From NCBI GenBank assembly GCA_044227665.1, contig JBGAWK010000007.1:10965-74964 (forward strand): 64,000 bases of DNA. The letters run 5' to 3'. Positions within the stretch are counted from its first letter, which is position 1. Every line of letters begins with the position of its first letter. Shown piece by piece: positions 40,549 to 48,774 of this stretch. The position numbers and the translations under genes were made by a program. This DNA comes from Chitinophagales bacterium. GTDB lineage: Bacteria > Bacteroidota > Bacteroidia > Chitinophagales > JADIYW01. The notes beneath the pieces were generated by a model, which was not told the origin of the DNA, ran no database searches, and saw only the letters and a program-made list of their open reading frames with translations.

Positions 40549-41654
40549 AATTGCTGCTTATTACAGGATGTCTCTAAAGCATTAAAAATTTTTTCTAATT
40601 GAGGTTCCTCATATCTTTTGGGATGTTTCTGGATGAAACTCTTGGTATATTTTATTCGGTGTGGTAAGGATGGGTGTGTCTGTAAAAATTCTGGAATATG
40701 GTATGTCTTACCGCCAATATTGATTTCATCCTCTTTATCTTCTGACACTGCTTTATTCATATTTGTAAAAAGTTCCGGCATCCCATTAACGTTGCGATGT
40801 GCGTTAGAGAGCAGTTGAAGACCTTCCATATCTGCTTCTTTTTCTAGCCCACGATTGTAATGTAATTGATTTACTACGTCAACATTCTGCATTACACTAG
40901 CAGAATTGGTGCCAAAAAACAAGGAAATGATTACTGTCCTAGAAAGAGAGTTCAGCAGTATTTGCATACTATGTCTATTCCTAGTGTGTATATACTCATG
41001 CGCTAATAATGCAGATAGTTCTTCATGGCTGTGCATCATGCGTATGATGCTATCATATACTACAATATTACCACCGGGAAGTGCATAAGCGTTCATGATG
41101 TCGTCAGATATTACAGTAATATGTACATTTGTGTCGGCAGGGGCGAGGTTCAGTTGTTTCCAATATCTATTTATAAGTACAGTAGCGCTGTCGTTTTTTT
41201 CCTCATTCTGTAACATATTTACAGAAAGCGTCTTTCCCCAGCTAATTTCTGTCTTTTTGCTTATAAATGGCATTACAGCTTTTGTGAGGATTTTGGTGCC
41301 CCAGAAATATATCGTAAAAAATGAAACTATAATTAATATGAGCAATGGGATTACAACCTTATCATTATTGGCTAGAAGCCAAAAGAATTTGGTGCGTAAC
41401 TGATTATGTAAGTATTTATGAGAACGTAATTTTTCAAAATCTTCTTTAGAAAACAGTAAACTTTCTCTGGGATACTTATTGTTGAGAATACTGTTTCCTA
41501 ATTCCTGTTTTTCTATGTCTTTGTAATTCCAAAGTATATGCTTAGCATCACGAGTATAGATGTCTAATCCATCAATTTGCACTACAACTTCCACCTCCTG
41601 AGGTCGTGAAGAGATGCCATCCAAGTATTTTGCACTGTAAGTTTCTATCGTCAT
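40545..41654 (-). CDS. M48 family zinc metallopeptidase
   Basis: NAYALPGG, LAHEYIH (HExxH), EKEAD and LQTHP motifs. ATGA overlap with the yjgN-like gene. Confidence 0.9.
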   Translation of the reverse strand: MTIETYSAKYLDGISSRPQEVEVVVQIDGLDIYTRDAKHILWNYKDIEKQELGNSILNNKYPRESLLFSKEDFEKLRSHKYLHNQLRTKFFWLLANNDKVVIPLLILIIVSFFTIYFWGTKILTKAVMPFISKKTEISWGKTLSVNMLQNEEKNDSATVLINRYWKQLNLAPADTNVHITVISDDIMNAYALPGGNIVVYDSIIRMMHSHEELSALLAHEYIHTRNRHSMQILLNSLSRTVIISLFFGTNSASVMQNVDVVNQLHYNRGLEKEADMEGLQLLSNAHRNVNGMPELFTNMNKAVSEDKEDEINIGGKTYHIPEFLQTHPSLPHRIKYTKSFIQKHPKRYEEPQLEKIFNALETSCNKQQF

Positions 41655-42640
41655 ATTACATCTAGGGCATCCAAAAAGTCTTCGCCGGAGGCATCATTGA
41701 AGTCACTTTCTGTTTGTATTATGGTATTAGGAGAAAATCCTTGCTCTACGACCACATTATCAAAAATGAGATTCAGTGTACGCTTGATTATCCAAGGATA
41801 GGCAAGACCTAAGGTAATCGTCAATAAGAAAAGATTTACTATTTCAAACTTGAAAAGTCGCCATCCGCTGAGGTTGGCATCGAATCTTATTTCGCGATTA
41901 TCTTGTACCATATAGGTATTGTCCATATCATAGTTGTAAAGCTGTGCACGCCATGAAAAAACATATAATCCTAAAGTAATTATAGATAGTAGAATCCCTT
42001 TGATGTTTATTAAAAAACGGTCTCTGCCTAAGCCGCAATAACCAAATTGTATGTTGCCAAATCGAAGATGCCCATAGATATATTTACTGAGGTTTGCTCC
42101 CATCCAGAAACTATACCACCCGAGTGTGACGACAGTAAGGAATATATTTTTATAGAATAGTAATGCAAATTCCTTCAGATTTCCTCTATAGCCAAAGAAA
42201 ATATTACGCCATGAAGATTTAGAGGCTCTGAAGCGAAGCCCTCCATGTATCGCTACAGGCATTAATCCCAAAATCAAAATATATACTAGTACAATAACGA
42301 TGAATGTAATTTTACTTTCTTGACCAAAGGTGAACATAGACCCTAGCATAAGTGCATAAATCAGTATTATTAGCACCAATATCTTGAGATAGCCTCTTAA
42401 TATCTGCATGGGCGTGGCATGGTATTCAAAAGGACTATCTGCCAACAAGGTATGGTGATACAAATATTTTGTCATGCGGACTTTTGCCCAAGGATAGTAA
42501 AATCCTAAGGTCACTATGGAGAAAAGTATATTTACAACTGAGATTTTAAATAATTCACTGCCTTTTCCTGTGAAAAATAGCCTGTAAAAAGATGTAGGCA
42601 AAGTATTTTGCTGCTCATTAGGGAGATTCTGATTTTCCAT
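41651..42640 (-). CDS. YjgN/DUF898 family membrane protein (ATG 42640 preferred over track start 42745)
   Basis: FTGKGSELFKI, repeated TLGxYxxW motifs and SSWRNIFF. Typical pairing with an M48 peptidase. Confidence 0.88.
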   Translation of the reverse strand: MENQNLPNEQQNTLPTSFYRLFFTGKGSELFKISVVNILFSIVTLGFYYPWAKVRMTKYLYHHTLLADSPFEYHATPMQILRGYLKILVLIILIYALMLGSMFTFGQESKITFIVIVLVYILILGLMPVAIHGGLRFRASKSSWRNIFFGYRGNLKEFALLFYKNIFLTVVTLGWYSFWMGANLSKYIYGHLRFGNIQFGYCGLGRDRFLINIKGILLSIITLGLYVFSWRAQLYNYDMDNTYMVQDNREIRFDANLSGWRLFKFEIVNLFLLTITLGLAYPWIIKRTLNLIFDNVVVEQGFSPNTIIQTESDFNDASGEDFLDALDVI

Positions 42641-42798
42641 TAACAGGTAATTATATATCGAATATATTAAATTTTTTACATTTATAAAATTAAACTGTAC
42701 AAAAGTTAGCGTGATGAACCTACGTACACCTCGAAGTAGCACCAAAGGTAAACTCAGGTAAGGTATGCAGCCTAATTCTACGTACAGCGGGTGGGGGA

Positions 42799-43644
42799 TT
42801 ATAATTCTTTATATAAACGTTGTCCTACTGTTTTGTAGGGATAATGATACTCGTATTTATCTTTTATATCTCGAATACTTTTATCGCCGTCTAATGGTTT
42901 TGTTGAACCTACTAATTGAACACCAATTAAATTATCTAATTGAAGCAATGGCTTTAGGGTATCTATTTCCTTACAATTTTCTAATACCAACCATTTAAGA
43001 TTTTTGAGTCTTGTTATAAAATTTACATCTTTTAGATGGCCTCCGTGTAGGTGTAAAAATTCTAAATGATGTAATTCACCTATGGCTGAATATTCTTCCA
43101 TTTTAGGTTGTGCATACAAAACCAATGCTTTTAAATTTTTGTACTTTTCTATGCCCTGTACAGATTTTAATTTGCCTTGTATTAACTCTAAAAACTCTAT
43201 ACTTTGAGGTAACTCTAATTCAAATATTTCTTTACCATATTTACGTAGGATTAGATATTTTAAGCTATCTGCTCCTTTAAATATTAAATTATTATTCCAC
43301 GGTATGTCTATTTCTTCTAACTCTTTAAAATTGGAAAAATCTATAGCCATGTTGTAGCTAAATTCTAAATTGATCTTTTTTAGATTTTTTAGGTTATATA
43401 AATTAGGACAAATAAAAGCATTATTTGCACTAATTATTAAAGACTTAATATACAATAATTCGTTTAAAATTTTACAGTCAAAATTATTTTCAATTACTGC
43501 ACTTTTGATACCTCTATTAGCTATAAGAGATGATATCTCTCCTTCTTTAGAAATATAATCATCATTAATTCTAATAGATAAGTAATTTTTTTCAGTTTTA
43601 GAATATATTAAACCAGTTGATATTTCTTCTCTAGCAATTTTCAT
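42799..43644 (-). CDS. Leucine-rich-repeat protein, putative immunity protein
   Basis: Repeated LxxLxL units (LKNLKKINL, FKELEEIDI, LKYLIL, LKALVL, LEFLHL, LKNLKWLVL) and no signal peptide. TAATG 1-nt overlap with the toxin stop; very AT-rich. Confidence 0.75.
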   Translation of the reverse strand: MKIAREEISTGLIYSKTEKNYLSIRINDDYISKEGEISSLIANRGIKSAVIENNFDCKILNELLYIKSLIISANNAFICPNLYNLKNLKKINLEFSYNMAIDFSNFKELEEIDIPWNNNLIFKGADSLKYLILRKYGKEIFELELPQSIEFLELIQGKLKSVQGIEKYKNLKALVLYAQPKMEEYSAIGELHHLEFLHLHGGHLKDVNFITRLKNLKWLVLENCKEIDTLKPLLQLDNLIGVQLVGSTKPLDGDKSIRDIKDKYEYHYPYKTVGQRLYKEL

Positions 43645-46004
43645 TATTGTTTTTTCTTTCTTGCTGCGTTGATTTTATTCAAAATTTTTGCTCCCGTATC
43701 TTCTGCAACTTTTTTAGCTTCATCTAACCATTCTTGTTCTTTAAATTTAAGTGCTTTACGTTTTACACCTTCCAATTCTTGGTACACTATTTCTTTTACT
43801 TCGCCTGCTTTACCAGCAAATTTACCACCTTTACCAAAATGCTGCCCCATTCGTTTTTTAAATTCTTGTATGGTTCTTCCTACATATTCAGAACCATCAT
43901 TAAATATTATTTTGTATCTACCATATTTAGCTTTACCTAATTCTTTTACAGTCTTTGCTGTCTTTGCTGTAGTTACAACTACTTCATCTAACAAATTAGG
44001 AGCCTTTTTTATAGAAAGTTTTACTACATTTTTTAGTACAGGCTTCTCTCCAAAACTTAATACATCTGATATAGCATCTACGGCATTGGATATTGGTATT
44101 AGTGCTGCATTAGTTTTTAGCGCATTATATTGTTTATTATCTCCTTTATTTGCTATATTATTAGATAGGTCTTTAGAAAATTCAGGGTCTGCTGACATGT
44201 ACATAGATACAATATCTCCATCATCCTCACCTAATACATCTGTGATAAAGCCATTGAGACTTTTCGTAGATGCATAAATATCCATTAAACGATAAGTACT
44301 ACCTACAGACCCTTGGATGAAAAATTGATCTACTCCATCCCATCTTGTTACGAACCATGTACCGTCATTATTAAAGTAATACTCGTCATTACCATCTGGG
44401 TCAATAAAAATAATCGGATTGTCTAATCCAAATCTATAGGGTGTCCATGCAGGGGATAATTTTTCATAATCATCGGGTTTCATCCACCTTCCTATCCTCG
44501 CATCATAGATTCTCGCGCCGAAGTCGTAGGCGAAGGCTACGGGGTCTATCAGGTAGGGGTCTTGCGCTTTTATATTGATGTCTTCTATATGTCGGGTATG
44601 GGTATTGTAGGTGAAGTGTCCATACTGTACTTTGTCTTCCTGACGGAATACTTCCTGAAATATGCCATTATATAGCGTGGTATAGGTATTCTCCTTGTCT
44701 TCTATCGTTTTTATGCTGGCAAAGGGAGTGGGATTATATGCCGAGGTAGCAGTAGGAGCGATTCCGCTCAAAATAATTTTCTGCATATCTATGGGCATTT
44801 CTCTATAGCCCAAGGCATACAGTTTGGCATTATGGCTTTCTAATGCCGTTAGTATTGTACGGATATCTAAGTCTTTTCGTAGTTGTGCTATATCTTTTTC
44901 AGGTGAAAGCTTACAGTATTGTAATAGTCTATCATCTAATACTTGCTGTTTTAGCAGCAGGGCATTCAGGTTGAGGCTATCATTCTGTAACACCGTTTCG
45001 GCACATTGCAACAGAAAATCGTGGGATTTGGTGCCATAAGTATGTTCAAAGCTCTTTGCCAACTGAATCATGCATAGTCCTATACTTTGTATTTCATCGT
45101 ACTCCCGCAAAGCTATGCCATTCCTTATGGCATCAGAACTACTATGTGTGAGTGTTTGGATGGTGCCGTCGCGAGGGAATCCCGCTGTAGCGAGCTCTAC
45201 ATTATAGTAGTCGCCCTTGGTATCTTTGTGTTGGATATAGATATGCTGAGGCGCAGTACAAAGTCGGGCATCACTCTCTAATCTATTCGAGAGAATCTTG
45301 AATAATGCCGTCATTGCATAGCAATTGCCTTTGGGATTTTCGTCAAGTAATAAATGAGTGACTAAGGAATTTGACCAATCCTTAGTGCCAAAAGGGTCGC
45401 CGGAATTATACTCAAAAGGATGATGTTGTAAGGGATAGACTAATGTAGTATCTGTGATAAAAGCAAATATTGCCCAATTGGCAAGAGTTTGGAGATATAG
45501 GGAGCGCTTTTGTTCGGGCAGGTAGGAGATGTCGTTCATGGCGAACTTACCTTGTGGACCCACACTTACATCAAAATTGATGCTGTCACTATGGTCATTC
45601 GCCTCTATAAGGGCATTAATCATATATAATGGAAGTACTAATGCCTTCTCAAAATCTTTGTAACTATAGGCATCGAGATAATAGGGACTTTCACTGAGAA
45701 ATACTGCTCGTTCAAAATCGGCAGGTATTTCACCCTTTAGCATTTTGGATAATTCCAAATAAGATTCAAGAAAAGCATTGAAAGTATCTATTTCAGGAAT
45801 AAGGGTTTGTAGAATTTTAGGAGGTGGGATAGTAGCAACGCCACTATCATCAGCGTTATCTAATATATGGGGTTGCCGTACAAAATATTTTGCTGGTGTA
45901 GGCGATGAAGGTTCTACAGAAGTAGAGATGTTTGTTGTAGTCTTACAACTTATACCCACGAACAGCCAAAAAGCAAAAACGATAAAATGGGATTTTCGTT
46001 TCAT
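43644..46004 (-). CDS. Lipoprotein: transglutaminase-like domain + Rhs core + GIY-YIG-like nuclease tip (putative polymorphic toxin)
   Basis: Lipobox VGISC20; GNC228...APQH254...NVE270; YDFGARIYDARIGRW...PYRFGLDNPIIFIDPDG (493-538); GRYKI...YVGRT...KRMGQH...KEQEWL...LNKIN (695 to end). Confidence 0.78.
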   Translation of the reverse strand: MKRKSHFIVFAFWLFVGISCKTTTNISTSVEPSSPTPAKYFVRQPHILDNADDSGVATIPPPKILQTLIPEIDTFNAFLESYLELSKMLKGEIPADFERAVFLSESPYYLDAYSYKDFEKALVLPLYMINALIEANDHSDSINFDVSVGPQGKFAMNDISYLPEQKRSLYLQTLANWAIFAFITDTTLVYPLQHHPFEYNSGDPFGTKDWSNSLVTHLLLDENPKGNCYAMTALFKILSNRLESDARLCTAPQHIYIQHKDTKGDYYNVELATAGFPRDGTIQTLTHSSSDAIRNGIALREYDEIQSIGLCMIQLAKSFEHTYGTKSHDFLLQCAETVLQNDSLNLNALLLKQQVLDDRLLQYCKLSPEKDIAQLRKDLDIRTILTALESHNAKLYALGYREMPIDMQKIILSGIAPTATSAYNPTPFASIKTIEDKENTYTTLYNGIFQEVFRQEDKVQYGHFTYNTHTRHIEDINIKAQDPYLIDPVAFAYDFGARIYDARIGRWMKPDDYEKLSPAWTPYRFGLDNPIIFIDPDGNDEYYFNNDGTWFVTRWDGVDQFFIQGSVGSTYRLMDIYASTKSLNGFITDVLGEDDGDIVSMYMSADPEFSKDLSNNIANKGDNKQYNALKTNAALIPISNAVDAISDVLSFGEKPVLKNVVKLSIKKAPNLLDEVVVTTAKTAKTVKELGKAKYGRYKIIFNDGSEYVGRTIQEFKKRMGQHFGKGGKFAGKAGEVKEIVYQELEGVKRKALKFKEQEWLDEAKKVAEDTGAKILNKINAARKKKQ

Positions 46005-46024
46005 ATTACTAAAGCTAATACATA

Positions 46025-47434
46025 TTAATGAATAAATAGAGATTTTTTTGTTTTAGCTTGGATATTTTTTGAAATTTGAATTTTACTTTTGGTATCATAA
46101 TAGGAAAGAAGTTGTAAATATTCTTCTTCTGGAAAATCTTGAATACCTAAATCTGCTATTTTCTGTATGTAATCATAATAGGAAAGGTAGGCAGTATGGG
46201 CTTCCGGATAATTAGTAATTTGACTCAAATTTTGGATGTGAAATTTCTTCACAGCTTGATTGAATTGTTTTGCTAAAATTACTTTTTGTAAATTATGTCG
46301 GGCTAAACAAATAAAATCTTGTGAAGGGAAATGAGTATCAGCGATTTTCATACATTCTTGAACAAATGATAAATCAGTTATGCCATGTTCTTGTATATAG
46401 TTGACACCCAATTCATATAAGATGGTGGCTATAGAATGTTTTTTGTCGAGCGTATTGATATAAATATTGTTTTTCATAGATTTTGCCATTACAGGTAAAG
46501 TTTCCAAATAGAATTGGTCAGGCAAAAATTTATCAATTGTGGCTTCGTAATTTACTATGGTTCCTGAAGCATTCACAAACCTTATAAATGTATGACGAGG
46601 ATTGTAAGCTTCAAAGGCTTCAATATTTAGAGTTTCTGCCAATATTAAATACAAAACTGGCATAGTGTGACATTGTCCTCCTCCTGTAGCAATTGTTTTT
46701 GTGACAAAATAATTTTGTTTGTTTACCAAGCCTGTAGCGTCTATATAGTCATAGTAATAAGGTAAATGCCCTTTAACACTATTAGATGAATGTATATATA
46801 AAGTGTCGGATAAGAACTTTTGGATGCCATAATGTATTGCTTCCGAGTTAGTAATATCATATTTATTCTCCATTAGCCATGTCGTAATAAATTTTGCATT
46901 TTCTGCAACAATGTTTTTATATTCTGTATATCCCAGAAACGATTGACCGTAAGCATTTTCGCAGTAATAATATGCGTCTTGTAGCGATAAAGCTGTATTA
47001 CCATTAAGCATATTTTTGATTTTGTCTTGGGCTGACTTATATTTTTCCAGGTCATTCTTGTAGAGTTCAGAGTCATAATAATTGGTGGTGCTTTTCTTTT
47101 TTTCATCCATAGATATTTCCCACATTATCTTTTGTATTTCTTTATTAATGAGTTCCTGTTTTGAGGGTTTTGGAGGAAGTCCTTGGATTAAATTTTTTTG
47201 ATTTGCGATAATTTGTTCTTGTGACGGGGGCTGTTCAAATCCAAATTTTTTAAGTATTTCTGAATTTTGTTGATTTATTTTAATCTGGTTTTCTTTTCTC
47301 AATTGTTCCAAACTTTGTGGCTTGGGTGTGGGTAAAGTTGTAGGACTCGAACCGTACTGAAATGGATTATAATTATTTTGTGCATGAGAGATAGGAAATA
47401 TTAGCAGTAACAAAATTTGAAATAGCCCTTTCAT
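46025..47434 (-). CDS. Secreted transglutaminase-like (Cys-His-Glu) protein, paralog of the toxin N-terminus
   Basis: Signal peptide ending SHA, Pro/Gln-rich N-terminus, and GGQC255...PRH281...NYE297 with the same spacing as in the downstream protein. Confidence 0.7.
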   Translation of the reverse strand: MKGLFQILLLLIFPISHAQNNYNPFQYGSSPTTLPTPKPQSLEQLRKENQIKINQQNSEILKKFGFEQPPSQEQIIANQKNLIQGLPPKPSKQELINKEIQKIMWEISMDEKKKSTTNYYDSELYKNDLEKYKSAQDKIKNMLNGNTALSLQDAYYYCENAYGQSFLGYTEYKNIVAENAKFITTWLMENKYDITNSEAIHYGIQKFLSDTLYIHSSNSVKGHLPYYYDYIDATGLVNKQNYFVTKTIATGGGQCHTMPVLYLILAETLNIEAFEAYNPRHTFIRFVNASGTIVNYEATIDKFLPDQFYLETLPVMAKSMKNNIYINTLDKKHSIATILYELGVNYIQEHGITDLSFVQECMKIADTHFPSQDFICLARHNLQKVILAKQFNQAVKKFHIQNLSQITNYPEAHTAYLSYYDYIQKIADLGIQDFPEEEYLQLLSYYDTKSKIQISKNIQAKTKKSLFIH

Positions 47435-47462
47435 AGGATAATATCTTTCTTAAAGATAAAAT

Positions 47463-47502
47463 AAAAATTGCTTTCTTAATATTTTAAAAGAAAGCAATTT
47501 TT
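47463..47502 (-). terminator. Long hairpin, likely terminator of the acyl-CoA dehydrogenase gene
   Basis: AAAAATTGCTTTCTT...AAGAAAGCAATTTTT, a 15-bp inverted repeat with terminal T-runs. Confidence 0.7.
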
Positions 47503-47582
47503 CACTAAAAAAATAGTGAATGATGCAGTATTCTACTTCACAATTACTAAATGCATAAGAAATAATCGCGAATAGCTTAGAA

Positions 47583-48722
47583 TTATTTCAATACACCTCT
47601 GCCGATTACGATGCGTTGTACTTCGGAAGTGCCTTCATATATCTGAGTGATTTTTGCGTCACGCATCAATCTTTCCACGTGGTATTCTTTTACATAGCCG
47701 TAGCCACCATGGATTTGTACTGCTTCTACGGTAGTTTTCATGGCTACTTCTGAGGCAAAGAGCTTTGCCATAGATGATGCCATAGCGTAGTCGTCATGTT
47801 GGTCTTTGAGCCATGCTGCTTTCAGGCAGAGTAATCTTGCCGCATCTATTTCTGTGGCCATATCAGCCAATTTGAATTGTATAGCCTGATGGTTGGCGAT
47901 TTCTGTGCCAAAGGCTTTGCGCGTTTTAGCATATTCTACAGAAAGCTCATAAGCACCGGATGCGATGCCCAAGGCTTGCGATGCTATACCTATGCGACCA
48001 CCTTCCAAAGTTTTCATGGCAAACTTAAACCCAAATCCGTCTTCACCGATGCGATTGGATTTAGGAACTTTTACATCACTGAACAATAACGTATGGGTGT
48101 CGGAAGCTCTTATGCCCAGTTTATCTTCTTTGGCACCCACATCGAATCCGGGCATACCTTTTTCTACTATCAGGCAATTGATGCCCCTATGTCCTTTGGC
48201 TGCATCGGTTTGTGCCATAACGAGATATACGGAGGCTTTTCCGCCATTGGTAATCCAGTTTTTGGTGCCGTTGAGTAAGTAATAGTCTCCCATATCTTCT
48301 GCAGTGGTGCGCTGTGAAGTGGCATCACTGCCGGCTTCAGGCTCTGATAGGCAGAATGCGCCTATAATTTCGCCTTTGGCGAGTGGAACTAAATATTTCT
48401 GCTTTTGTTCTTCGCTGCCAAAAGTCTCTAAACCCCAACAAACTAAGGAATTATTCACTGACATGATTACAGAACAGGAGGCGTCCACCTTGGATATCTC
48501 TTCCATCGCAAGAACGTAGGATACACAATCCATTCCGCCACCGCCATACTTGGGGTCTACCATCATGCCTAAGAAACCTAACTCTCCCATCTGGCGAACT
48601 TCGTCAGTAGGATATATCATGTCTCTGTCGCGCTCTATAACACCTTTTTTCAATACATTCTGTGCAAAGTTGCGCGCTGTTTCGCGTATCAGGAGCTGTT
48701 CTTCGGTGAATTCGAAATGCAT
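47583..48722 (-). CDS. Acyl-CoA dehydrogenase (short-chain/butyryl-CoA type)
   Basis: FCLSEPEAGSDA, NGTKNWITNG, GRIGIASQALG, QIHGGYGY and IYEGTSEVQR motifs. Confidence 0.95.
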   Translation of the reverse strand: MHFEFTEEQLLIRETARNFAQNVLKKGVIERDRDMIYPTDEVRQMGELGFLGMMVDPKYGGGGMDCVSYVLAMEEISKVDASCSVIMSVNNSLVCWGLETFGSEEQKQKYLVPLAKGEIIGAFCLSEPEAGSDATSQRTTAEDMGDYYLLNGTKNWITNGGKASVYLVMAQTDAAKGHRGINCLIVEKGMPGFDVGAKEDKLGIRASDTHTLLFSDVKVPKSNRIGEDGFGFKFAMKTLEGGRIGIASQALGIASGAYELSVEYAKTRKAFGTEIANHQAIQFKLADMATEIDAARLLCLKAAWLKDQHDDYAMASSMAKLFASEVAMKTTVEAVQIHGGYGYVKEYHVERLMRDAKITQIYEGTSEVQRIVIGRGVLK

Positions 48723-48774
48723 ACTATTTTTTTTGTAAATTTAAGAAAATTAATACTATTCCGAAAGCAAAATT

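Noticed and set aside
43669..44277. 202-aa plus-strand ORF opposite the toxin tip, and similar antisense ORFs in the track (e.g. 16726-17256, 53059-53421, 61124-63787)
   Set aside because: These are shadows of well-supported genes on the other strand, with no motifs.
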